Assembly: GCA_043757545.1 (NCBI GenBank)
Contig: JAYVPG010000118.1
Coordinates: forward strand, 17,286-81,285
Origin: Pseudobdellovibrionaceae bacterium
Lineage (GTDB): Bacteria > Bdellovibrionota > Bdellovibrionia > Bdellovibrionales > UBA1609
Length of the DNA stretch: 64,000 bases
Direction: 5' to 3'
Shown: in pieces, positions 1-8,837 of the stretch
Layout of the letters: every line of letters starts with the position of its first letter
How positions within the stretch are numbered: position 1 is the stretch's first letter
The notes under the pieces: model-generated
Database searches by the model: none
Told to the model about the DNA's origin: nothing
Seen by the model: the letters and a program-made list of their open reading frames with translations, nothing else
Made by a program: the position numbers and the translations under genes

Positions 1-419
1 GTTCGTGCGTTTCGAGACTTCGCGACTCGAAGCTTCTGCAAGTCCGCGATCCCTACCAAGTTATTCTGATCACGAAGCCAGGAATTCAAGTGCAAGTACC
101 CGTCAATCACGTAGAAATGACGTTGAATTACGAGCTGGGGGGCGAGGGTCGATTTCCACTCAGCGAAGTTCTCGCCTGTCTGCAATCTGAAAATATTTAT
201 TCCATTTTCGTCGAAGGCGGAGCCAGTACTTACGCTTCATTTCTAAATGCGAAGCTGGTTGATCGGCTTTATGTTTTTATCGCACCGAAAATCATCGGCG
301 AAGGACTGAGCTGGACTTCGAATTTGGCGGCGTCCAAATCTATTCAAGATTCAATTTCTAGAGTTCAGGTCCGGAGATTCAACCAAGACACGCTTTTTAC
401 TGGCAGGATATTCAACTAA
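1..419 (+). CDS. ribD: RibD C-terminal reductase domain (5'-truncated by window edge)
   Basis: Frame open from position 3; motifs SIFVEGGAS and LVDRLYVFIAPKIIG typical of RibD_C. Confidence 0.85.
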   Translation, partial: SCVSRLRDSKLLQVRDPYQVILITKPGIQVQVPVNHVEMTLNYELGGEGRFPLSEVLACLQSENIYSIFVEGGASTYASFLNAKLVDRLYVFIAPKIIGEGLSWTSNLAASKSIQDSISRVQVRRFNQDTLFTGRIFN

Positions 420-455
420 AGAGAAGTCCCTCTTTAGCTGAATATCCTGCCAGTA
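398..455. repeat. 26-bp near-perfect inverted repeat (6-nt loop) spanning the ribD stop codon
   Basis: 398-423 TACTGGCAGGATATTCAACTAAAGAG vs 430-455 CTCTTTAGCTGAATATCCTGCCAGTA; 25/26 complementary. Confidence 0.9.
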
Positions 456-586
456 GGAGGTTGATGGTTGGTTTTTTGCGGGGCTAAGGTGTGGGTTGGT
501 TGGTGCTTTGCTCGTCTCTTGGCTAGTGTTGTTGGGATCTTGAACTTTCGGACCTCGGCTTACTACTAGATTATGGGAAATGGCTC

Positions 587-613
587 AAAACGAGCCCCTA
601 TGTCTACCGATAT
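587..613 (+). promoter_or_regulatory. Putative sigma28 (FliA)-type promoter
   Basis: AAAA-N15-ACCGATAT resembles TAAA-N15-GCCGATAA; ends 6 nt before ATG 620. Confidence 0.4.
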
Positions 614-619
614 ATAAGT

Positions 620-2458
620 ATGCGTAACTTTAAGGTTCGGCTGTCGCTCCGATATAAACTTTTATTCTTGCTGACCAGTTTGCCGGTTGTGAGTTTGGCG
701 CTCTATTTGTTTATGGCGACAGATCTTTTTCAAAAAGACAAAGTGGCTTATGTGTTTGATTCGAGCGCGACGGTATCTCGTTCGCTGGCGACGCAAATGC
801 GGGTGGAATTGCAGGGTGCTTATGCGGCTTTGCGCACTGTTGTCGAGCACTATGATTCGAATAAACATGATTTTTCGGATGTCGGGCAGGATCTATTTCA
901 TAAAAATCCCAAGGCTCATGCGCTTTTGATTTTCAGGCATGAGGCCAATGGGAAGTATACAAAAATTGGTGAGTTAGTTAAAGCTTCTGTCCCTGCGGCG
1001 GCTTTTGCGAGTGATCAAAATCTGCTTGGTCAGCTTAGAGAGCAAGCCCTTGAGAGCGCGGCATTCGTTATGGAGAATCCTGCGCTTACCGGCTCCATCA
1101 GCCTTTCATTCCGTATGGGCGAAAAAACCGATGTGGATCACCTAATCGTTATGGCGCTCTATCAGGCGGACGACATGGTAAACGGTTTTGATGGCTCGGG
1201 TCTTTATGCGAGCACTGTGATCACTCGCTCGGGCCTTCTTAGCCTTGGTTCAGCCGATGTTGTCGGCGCGGATCTGAACCTTTTGCGTAATGTTGTTAAA
1301 TCGAAGGCTAGTGAAGGAACTGCGGAAACGAAGATGCCGGACGGGCAGACGTACCTGATTTCGTACGCTTCGGTTGGACTCGGCGACATGATTGTCATTT
1401 CGAAAGTTGATAAGCAAAAGGCATTGAAGGCCGTTGAGGTCCTTGTTGCGAAGTCCATCTTGTTCTTCATCGCACTTCTTGCGCTGACCCTAATGATTAG
1501 CGTTGTGGCGTCGAATAAACTCACTCTTTCGCTTCGTGAACTGTTTGAGGCGACGGCTAAAATCGCACAGGGAGACTTCACCGTAAGGGTGAAAGCTCGT
1601 TCAAGTGACGAAGTCGGCGGATTGGCAGAGAGTTTCAATTTCATGGCGGCGGAAGTAGCACGACTCATGATTGAGACCGCCGAAAAAGCCCGCATGCAAG
1701 GGGAGCTCGCGACGGTTAAAACGGTACAAGAGACCCTGTTTCCGGCTTCGCAAACGCAATTTGGACCTGTGCGGATCATGGGGCACTTCGAGCCTGCAAG
1801 TGAGTGCGGTGGTGATTGGTGGAGTTATTCGCAGGTGGGGGACAAGATTTTCCTTTTCATTGGAGACGTTACCGGACACGGTGCGCCTGCCGCATTGATT
1901 ACTAGCGCCGCGCGCTCGGCAGCGGCGGTTATCGAGGGTTTGCCTGATATGAGTCCCGGTCGCGCACTCTCGATTATGAATCGAGCGATTTATTTGACCT
2001 CAAAAGGTCAGATTATGATGACGTTCTTTATGGCGAGCATCGATCTGGTCAAGGGGACATTTACCTATGCAAGCGCCAGTCACGATCCTCCATATCTATT
2101 GAAGCAAAATAGTGAAAAATTGACGAAGAAAGACTTAATCCCGCTGAATGACGTAAATGGTCCGCGCCTGGGTGATCAAAAAGAACATCAGTACAAGGAA
2201 GTTACAGTCGACTTTGCGCCGGGTGACTTAGTCTTCTTATACACAGATGGAATTCTTGATATTGAAAGTCCCGAAGGGAAAAAATGGGGCGAGCGTGCCT
2301 TCTTAAAATCTCTAGTCGATAGTGCCAATATAGTCGCGAACGTAGATACTAAGGTTGAGAATTTGCTTGTTCAGCTCAATAAGTTTCGCGATGGATCGGA
2401 CCTTATCGACGATGTCACTATGGTTATGTGTGAATATGAAAAGAAAGAGGCGGCATGA
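620..2458 (+). CDS. Membrane sensor with HAMP and SpoIIE/PP2C Ser/Thr phosphatase domains
   Basis: Two TM segments flanking a periplasmic region; HAMP (DEVGGLAESFNFM); PP2C motifs GGDWW, IGDVTGHG, YTDGI, DDVT. Confidence 0.9.
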   Translation: MRNFKVRLSLRYKLLFLLTSLPVVSLALYLFMATDLFQKDKVAYVFDSSATVSRSLATQMRVELQGAYAALRTVVEHYDSNKHDFSDVGQDLFHKNPKAHALLIFRHEANGKYTKIGELVKASVPAAAFASDQNLLGQLREQALESAAFVMENPALTGSISLSFRMGEKTDVDHLIVMALYQADDMVNGFDGSGLYASTVITRSGLLSLGSADVVGADLNLLRNVVKSKASEGTAETKMPDGQTYLISYASVGLGDMIVISKVDKQKALKAVEVLVAKSILFFIALLALTLMISVVASNKLTLSLRELFEATAKIAQGDFTVRVKARSSDEVGGLAESFNFMAAEVARLMIETAEKARMQGELATVKTVQETLFPASQTQFGPVRIMGHFEPASECGGDWWSYSQVGDKIFLFIGDVTGHGAPAALITSAARSAAAVIEGLPDMSPGRALSIMNRAIYLTSKGQIMMTFFMASIDLVKGTFTYASASHDPPYLLKQNSEKLTKKDLIPLNDVNGPRLGDQKEHQYKEVTVDFAPGDLVFLYTDGILDIESPEGKKWGERAFLKSLVDSANIVANVDTKVENLLVQLNKFRDGSDLIDDVTMVMCEYEKKEAA

Positions 2459-3300
2459 GTAGTGCGCCGAAGATGAGTCAATCTGCGACTTGGCAACAGG
2501 AGGTCACGGCGTTAACAAATTCGCCAGTGGATTCCCATTGCGTTGGCGTTGGTGAAAGTCTAGAGCCCGAGAGTCTGCTGCATCTTGCTACCGATCTCGG
2601 CTTCAAGAACATCTGCCAAAAAGGTGGGCATCTTTTCGACAAAGAAGTCCTCTCGTCCGAATGTCTAGTTGAATGTGCTGAAAACTACTTAAATTTTCCG
2701 ATTGCGACGATCTTAACTCCCGATGATCTTTCCGAAAAATCCGAAAGGGCATTGATTTCGGCGGAAGAACATTTCGACAGCTCCTCACAAAAACGCGATG
2801 TCATTGATAGCCTTACTAAGGCCGTGCAATCTAAGGGATTTTCACAAACGATTTTGGACGACGTGGTGTCGGTAACCGACGAGTTTTTTACCAATGCGAT
2901 ATATAACGCACCATTTGTCGACATCAACACGCACAAGAACCCTGGCGTAAGTCGTGTTGGAAAAGAAATTAAACTGAACGGCGGAAAATTTGGGCGAATT
3001 TTCTTAGCTCACGACGAAAGTCGATTGATTGTTGGCTGCCACGATCCCTACGGCAGCTTAGATGTGAAGCGCTATTTGAATAAAATTAAGGCGACCTACA
3101 CGAGGGGCCCTGCGGCGACGATGAACTTCGGACCTGGTGGAGCGGGCATCGGCAGTTATATAATCTTCAATGCCGGTTCAAGCCTCTATTTCGGAGTTTG
3201 GCCGGGACAGGCAACGGTTCTATGCTGTGTGTTGCCTCTAGGAATGAGTAATCGAAAACGAATTGAACTGCCTAAACATTTGCACTGGATACAGCGTTGA
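2455..3300 (+). CDS. RsbW/SpoIIAB-like HATPase (putative anti-sigma Ser kinase)
   Basis: N-box DEFFTNAI, G1-like HDPYG, G2-like GAGIG; 4-nt overlap with the PP2C gene. Confidence 0.65.
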   Translation: MSSAPKMSQSATWQQEVTALTNSPVDSHCVGVGESLEPESLLHLATDLGFKNICQKGGHLFDKEVLSSECLVECAENYLNFPIATILTPDDLSEKSERALISAEEHFDSSSQKRDVIDSLTKAVQSKGFSQTILDDVVSVTDEFFTNAIYNAPFVDINTHKNPGVSRVGKEIKLNGGKFGRIFLAHDESRLIVGCHDPYGSLDVKRYLNKIKATYTRGPAATMNFGPGGAGIGSYIIFNAGSSLYFGVWPGQATVLCCVLPLGMSNRKRIELPKHLHWIQR

Positions 3301-3310
3301 GGGGGAAAGT

Positions 3311-3784
3311 ATGAGTTTTAAAATTACGCCGAAGCCCGAAGGGCCAAAGCTCGTTATCGAAATCGCGGGGAATGTCGACGAGGACGCCGGATTCCAGCCT
3401 CCAGATTTAGGTGCCTCTAGTGCGGTTGTGCTAGATCTTGACGGAGTCACGGCGATTAATTCAGTCGGTATACGCGAATGGATCAAGTGGGTGAAGGGCA
3501 TGCCTGCGAGCATTCAATTGAGCGTGCGCCGTTGTCCTAAAATCATTGTTGACCAAATTAATATGGTCGCTGGATTTTTGCCAACAGGCACAAAGGTTGA
3601 GAGTTTCTACGTCCCTTATTATGCCGATTCAACCGGCAGCGAGAAAATGGTGCTTTTTCAATCCGGTAAAGAATTTGACGGTGGGAAATTCAGCTTTCCC
3701 TCTGAAATTAAGGATGATTCCGGTGAGGTGATGGAGATGGACGTTATCGAAGCAAAATATTTTAAATTTCTGACGAATGGCTAA
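3311..3784 (+). CDS. STAS-domain protein (anti-anti-sigma-like)
   Basis: IAGNVDE...VLDLDGVTAINSVGI with conserved phosphoacceptor Ser; G-rich RBS before ATG 3311. Confidence 0.75.
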   Translation: MSFKITPKPEGPKLVIEIAGNVDEDAGFQPPDLGASSAVVLDLDGVTAINSVGIREWIKWVKGMPASIQLSVRRCPKIIVDQINMVAGFLPTGTKVESFYVPYYADSTGSEKMVLFQSGKEFDGGKFSFPSEIKDDSGEVMEMDVIEAKYFKFLTNG

Positions 3785-5676
3785 TGACCGACTTTAACGT
3801 ATTTGACTCTATTTTAGATTTGATTTTTGTCTTCGATGGCGAAGGCCGAATTGTCTATTGCAATGACACGGCGGCGACGTTTTGCCAGACATCGGTGCGC
3901 CGAGTTTCGGGAAAAGCTTTGATCCAAGACGTGATTCAGTTTACCGAGCCTGGACTGTTCCCGTTTACGCCAGAGTCTCAAGGACGACTGTTGCCAACTC
4001 CATTTATTGAAACGGCATACAATTTAGCAAAAGTTGAAAAGACGGGCAAAGTACAGCTCGCGATTCGCCCAATCGATCCGGCCCATTGGGGACTCTTCAT
4101 GAAAGACGTCAGCCTCGAAGAGACGCTAGCGGCAAAGTATCGTGGTGAACTGCAGAAGACTGAAGAATATGCGCGCAATTTGGAAAAACTTGTTGAGGCG
4201 CGAACGACAGAGTTGCGATTGGTCAACCAAACGCTAAACGCGATATTAGACAGTTTGGGGCAGGGCTTTTTTACCTTCAACGCTGAAGGTGAATGTGGCA
4301 ACGTTTATACAAAGGCGTGTGAGGACGTATTGCAAGGCGTTCCTAAGCAACGAAAGGCCTGGGAAGTTTTGGGCGTTCCGGTATTTGAAGTTGAGCAATT
4401 TAGAAAGTGGATGGAGACCTCGTTTAAAGAGTTTCTTCCTTTTGATGATTTAAAAAATCTGGGGCCGAATTTATTTCCACACACCGACCGTCGGCACGTC
4501 GTTTTAGAATATTATCCGATTCGTCGGGAAAAGAATGCGATTTCAGAGATTGTGGTTGTTGCGACGGACAAAACGACCGAGCATCAGGCACAAAAAGATT
4601 TAGAACATGAGCGTCAATATGCCTCGATGATCGTGAAGTATCTCAAAAATAAAGAGCAGTTTTTGCAATTTCTTGCTTCTGTACGCAAAGGTATTGCCGG
4701 CTTGCTGGCGATGGCAACAAAGCCACTAAATCACGAAGCAGTCACGGAAAGTTTTCGAAATTTACATACTCTCGAAGGAGAGGCGGGCGCTTTTTCTTTG
4801 CGCGAATTGCGCCTACTTTCACGGGAGAGTCAGCATATTTTGGAGCCATATAAGAGTGAAGGTTCGGTTCCGCCAGATGCGCAAACGCACTACGTTCAAT
4901 CTTTAGAACTTCTTAAAACACAATATGAAAAATTCTTATCCGAAAATGAGAACATTTTTCGGATTCCAGAGGGTGAAGTCGCGCGGTTTGTCGAAGTTCC
5001 ACTTTTGTCCGTTAATGCATTTTTTGAAGATCTTAAAAAGAGCTCGGATTCAGCGCCACTTAGTAAAAAATTTGGCGACATATTCCTTAAGGTTTCGATG
5101 GAATCCCGCCTAAAATATTTTGATAGCTTGGTTCAATCGGTGGCAGAAAAATTGGGTAAGAAAGTTAAGCCTCTACTTATAGAGGGCGGTGATTTGCGGA
5201 TTTATCCAGAGCCGTATCAGAAATTCTTCTCAGGCTTAGTTCATGCGTTTCGCAATGCGGTCGATCATGGGCTTGAGCTTCCGGATGAACGTGAATGGGC
5301 AGGCAAAGATCCATCTGGTCAAATACGTGTGAATATTTCTGCGGCCAAAGGCGGATTTACTTTTGTAATCGCCGACGATGGAAAAGGAATTGATCCAGTC
5401 GTCATTCGCGAAAAATTGAAGGGCAAATTTCCGGATCGCGATTTTTCGAAGCAAACCGACGAAGAGATTGTGCAAAACGTATGTTTGCCTGGTTTTTCGT
5501 CTAGGGAGACCGTTGGCGAGTTTTCTGGACGAGGGGTTGGACTTGATGCGCTACGTGAAGAAGTGTTGAAGGTTGGCGGGTCTATGCAACTAAAATCTAA
5601 AACTGGGACTGGGACCTCTATTGAGATCTTCATTCCTGAAGTGGAATCCGCCTCGGATTTGTTGAGGAGTGCCTAA
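3784..5676 (+). CDS. PAS-containing CheA-like histidine kinase lacking the CheW domain
   Basis: Two PAS-like regions, internal Hpt FRNLHTLEG, HAFRNAVDHG, DDGKG, PGFSS...SGRGVGLD; ends right after the HATPase domain. Confidence 0.85.
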   Translation: MTDFNVFDSILDLIFVFDGEGRIVYCNDTAATFCQTSVRRVSGKALIQDVIQFTEPGLFPFTPESQGRLLPTPFIETAYNLAKVEKTGKVQLAIRPIDPAHWGLFMKDVSLEETLAAKYRGELQKTEEYARNLEKLVEARTTELRLVNQTLNAILDSLGQGFFTFNAEGECGNVYTKACEDVLQGVPKQRKAWEVLGVPVFEVEQFRKWMETSFKEFLPFDDLKNLGPNLFPHTDRRHVVLEYYPIRREKNAISEIVVVATDKTTEHQAQKDLEHERQYASMIVKYLKNKEQFLQFLASVRKGIAGLLAMATKPLNHEAVTESFRNLHTLEGEAGAFSLRELRLLSRESQHILEPYKSEGSVPPDAQTHYVQSLELLKTQYEKFLSENENIFRIPEGEVARFVEVPLLSVNAFFEDLKKSSDSAPLSKKFGDIFLKVSMESRLKYFDSLVQSVAEKLGKKVKPLLIEGGDLRIYPEPYQKFFSGLVHAFRNAVDHGLELPDEREWAGKDPSGQIRVNISAAKGGFTFVIADDGKGIDPVVIREKLKGKFPDRDFSKQTDEEIVQNVCLPGFSSRETVGEFSGRGVGLDALREEVLKVGGSMQLKSKTGTGTSIEIFIPEVESASDLLRSA

Positions 5677-6093
5677 ATGTTTGCCAAGGAAACGCATGTG
5701 CTTGTCGTAGACGATTCGTTGAACATACGACGAATTGTTGTCGATTCCCTTCAGCGACTTGGCTTTTCAAAGATAACCACTGCGGAAGATGCAGTGGAAG
5801 CCTTAGGTAAGCTGAAGTTTTTTGTTAAAACACCGCACGCAATTGGTCTGGTTCTCTCTGATCTGAATATGCCTGGGCCAAGCGGACTTGATTTTCTTAA
5901 GCAATGCCGAGCCGACGGTGACTTTACGATTTTGCCTTTTGTACTCGTCACCACCGAGTCCGAGAAGGGTGCTGTGATCGAGGCTGCGGCGGCTGGCGTC
6001 AGCGGCTATGTGGTTAAGCCATTCAACCTTGAGACTCTCACCAAAAAAATCAAGGACGCTTGGAAGAAGCACAACCCAGACGCTCCCGGCTAA
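5677..6093 (+). CDS. CheY-like single-domain response regulator
   Basis: VLVVDDS, SDLNMPGPSG, VTT, YVVKPF. Confidence 0.9.
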   Translation: MFAKETHVLVVDDSLNIRRIVVDSLQRLGFSKITTAEDAVEALGKLKFFVKTPHAIGLVLSDLNMPGPSGLDFLKQCRADGDFTILPFVLVTTESEKGAVIEAAAAGVSGYVVKPFNLETLTKKIKDAWKKHNPDAPG

Positions 6094-6151
6094 TACGTTG
6101 AATTAATTCACCACTCAGGTCCTCCGTCGAGTCCATTTCTGGTATTAAAAT

Positions 6152-6159
6152 GCCGATAT
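6152..6159 (+). promoter_or_regulatory. Sigma28-type -10 element
   Basis: GCCGATAT 8 nt upstream of ATG 6168; -35 not convincing. Confidence 0.3.
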
Positions 6160-6167
6160 AATAACTG

Positions 6168-8108
6168 ATGAGAAACGCGATAAAAGTACTCATTGTTGAT
6201 GATGACAAAGCCTCAGGCCAAATGATGAGCGAAGTCGTCAAACGCATGGGACTTAAACCTATTTTAGCGAGTAAATCGTCGGACGCATTGAATATTGTGC
6301 GTCTGCAAACCGTGCATGCGGCACTCGTTGACATATTGTTGCCAAAAATGACGGGTGTAGATTTAGTAGTTGAGTTTCGCAAGACTCGTTTTGCAGACAG
6401 TCCCGTAGTTTTCGTCAGCGGGGTTTTTAAAGATAAAGTTTTTGCTAGCGACGCGATGAAGAAGACTGGTGCGGTCAACTTTCTATTTAAACCATTTGGG
6501 CTTGATGAACTCACTGAATCGCTCACAAAATCGCTGCATAATCTATTGACCGCCGAAACATGGACTGTGCAATCGTTGCTCAGCCGCAAGCTCAGTTCGG
6601 ACCGTGAGCGTGCTAAAGCAATTGAACATTTGACACAGATACAAGGACTCGACTTTCCATTCGTACTTGCGATTCTGATGGAAGTGGGAAGCTCGGGACA
6701 TCTCAACATAGTGAACGAAAGCGGCGAGATTTTCGGCGTTACTTTAACTAAAGGAACAATTGCCGAAGTGGATAGTTCGGAGTCTCGGGTCACGGGAGTA
6801 TTGGCGCTGATTGGAAAAGGGTATTTAAGCCAAGAAGATTGGGATGAATTTCAAAAGAGCGGATCCAAAAAATTCTCGCTTGAGCGTTTGGTGCAAGAGG
6901 GGCTCGTCAGTCCACATGCGGTTTCGGATGCTCGACGCGAACAGATTATGCAGGATTTCAGAGCAATTTGTGGAGCCCGAACTTTGCAAGTGAACTTTGT
7001 TCCTCAGGAAGATGATGACGAAGCACCCAAGCACGCTGTCAAACTCCCTGACCTAATGAACCTACTCGAGCAGTCACTTGGTGAATTTTTTTCGGAAAAC
7101 TATCTTAGAGAATTCTACGTTCCCGTTTTGAACTCTCCGATTCGCATCATGCGCGAAGATCAGAATGTAGATGCGATTTGTGCCTCCAAAGCATTTGAAA
7201 ATTTGGATACACTTAAGGCGGCTTTGAAAAACGGTGGCACTCTCGGAGAGGCCTTGTCAGCGAAACCAGATGGCGTTTCGAAAATTTACCAATGTTTGCA
7301 TTATTTGGTTCTAAATCGGTCGATTATGTTCGACGATTTGAATCGCGCTAAAAATCTAAACTCGTTACTCGATCGCTATAGTAAACTTTACGCTGAGATT
7401 AACGGCAAATCTCCGGATATGATTTTTGAATATTTTGGCGTCACAAAAAACTCGAGCCAAGGCGCGATTCAGGGAATTTATGATGAATACGTGCGCTCGA
7501 ACAATCCCGAGCAGCTTGGCAAAGAGGCAACGCCAGAGCTTCGTGAACTTTGCAAGAAGTGCTTTGAACTAGTTAAGACGGCAAAAGAAGTCATGTTGGA
7601 CGAGGACAAGCGAGCTCATTTGCATACGCAAATTAAAATTAAAGCGGTAGAAACGAAAAACAAGGCTTCACAGCTTGTCAATGAAGGCCTAGAGACCTTG
7701 CGCAAAGGCCAGGCTCGAGAAGCTCTTTTAAAACTAGAAGAGGCGGGAAAAATTCACCCTTCGCCCCGGCAAATGTATATTGGATTTTGGGCTGAAATTA
7801 AAGCAGAGGGGGATGGAAACAAAGCGACACGTTTACAAGAGATGCTAAAGCATCTCGATGCGGCCACGCAGGAGGATCGCAAGTCCCCATTTTACCATAT
7901 GGCACTTGGGCTGATCAAAAAGGCCCTTGGTGACGCAACCGCAGCGAGCCATTTTGAAAAAGCATTACAACTGGATTCAGAGTTCGTAGAGGCGCGCCGC
8001 GAGTTGAATTCGAAGGCGGGACCTGTGAGCAAAGATAAAAAGCTAGATATCCTCAACGGTGATATTACTGAAATCGTTAGTCACATCTTTCGCCGTAAGG
8101 TCGACTGA
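6168..8108 (+). CDS. Response regulator: REC + DUF4388-like + degenerate J-like domain + TPR
   Basis: REC (IVDDD, DILLPKMTG, KPF); SSGHLNIV..GVTLTKGTI; J-like FGVTKNSS..IQGIY..NNPE; C-terminal TPR ALQLDSEFVEARREL. Confidence 0.7.
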   Translation: MRNAIKVLIVDDDKASGQMMSEVVKRMGLKPILASKSSDALNIVRLQTVHAALVDILLPKMTGVDLVVEFRKTRFADSPVVFVSGVFKDKVFASDAMKKTGAVNFLFKPFGLDELTESLTKSLHNLLTAETWTVQSLLSRKLSSDRERAKAIEHLTQIQGLDFPFVLAILMEVGSSGHLNIVNESGEIFGVTLTKGTIAEVDSSESRVTGVLALIGKGYLSQEDWDEFQKSGSKKFSLERLVQEGLVSPHAVSDARREQIMQDFRAICGARTLQVNFVPQEDDDEAPKHAVKLPDLMNLLEQSLGEFFSENYLREFYVPVLNSPIRIMREDQNVDAICASKAFENLDTLKAALKNGGTLGEALSAKPDGVSKIYQCLHYLVLNRSIMFDDLNRAKNLNSLLDRYSKLYAEINGKSPDMIFEYFGVTKNSSQGAIQGIYDEYVRSNNPEQLGKEATPELRELCKKCFELVKTAKEVMLDEDKRAHLHTQIKIKAVETKNKASQLVNEGLETLRKGQAREALLKLEEAGKIHPSPRQMYIGFWAEIKAEGDGNKATRLQEMLKHLDAATQEDRKSPFYHMALGLIKKALGDATAASHFEKALQLDSEFVEARRELNSKAGPVSKDKKLDILNGDITEIVSHIFRRKVD

Positions 8109-8837
8109 GCCTTTCAATTTTCGCACATTTTGTTGAAGAATAGCTTCGAGCACTTGAATTTCGTGTTGGGTTGGCAAGTTTGCCAACAACAAGCGGCGCA
8201 AAGTGAGATAGGCGCTGGCTCGCCGCGCTTGAATATCAAAACCCATCGCCGTCAACCACTCCTTAATTAGATCGTCGGGAAAATAAAACGGCTGCACAGT
8301 CTCAACCACTTCGCCTTTTACTTGCGCCGGCAACACGCTGGGCGGAAAGCGTTGGCGGGTCATAAACAAGCTCAGGAGCACGGCCTGCGCGAGATTCAAG
8401 CTCGCAAACTCCCCGTAAACTGGCAGGTGACAAGAAAAATTAGTCCATGCCAAATCGTCGCTATCCAAACCGTCCGCCTCTGGACCAAAGATCAAGTAGA
8501 GGTTGGTCAGATCGGGGCGGGCAGTCGCCGGCGCGGAGGCCAATTCTTTAAGCGTTTCTTCAAGCGCAAATACTTTGCGCTTCTTGCCCGCGCGCCGAGT
8601 GACCGCGATGCGCACGCCATGCCCCTCTTGAGCATAAAACCGATCCCAAGATGAATAAATCACGACATCCTCAAGCGACTTCTGCGCACCCGCCGCCATT
8701 TGTTTGGCCTTAGAATTCAACTCACATTTGTGGTCGATCAAAATCAAACGATCGCCCCCCATATTGGCCATGGCCCGCGCGACGGCACCAACATTCGAGG
8801 CATATTCGCTGCGCACTAGAACGACATGGATCTTCAT
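8043..8837 (-). CDS. trmJ: TrmJ/LasT-family SPOUT RNA methyltransferase
   Basis: IHVVLV..NVGAVARAMANMG, IFGPEADGL, SLNLAQAV; ATG 8837 overlaps the phhA stop codon. Confidence 0.8.
   Translation of the reverse strand: MKIHVVLVRSEYASNVGAVARAMANMGGDRLILIDHKCELNSKAKQMAAGAQKSLEDVVIYSSWDRFYAQEGHGVRIAVTRRAGKKRKVFALEETLKELASAPATARPDLTNLYLIFGPEADGLDSDDLAWTNFSCHLPVYGEFASLNLAQAVLLSLFMTRQRFPPSVLPAQVKGEVVETVQPFYFPDDLIKEWLTAMGFDIQARRASAYLTLRRLLLANLPTQHEIQVLEAILQQNVRKLKGSVDLTAKDVTNDFSNITVEDI

Noticed and set aside
461-540. G/T-rich strand-biased stretch (GGTT repeats)
   Set aside because: No regular period or G3 tracts; treated as a low-complexity spacer
6050-6793. 247-aa antisense ORF
   Set aside because: Shadow of the REC gene with no recognisable motifs
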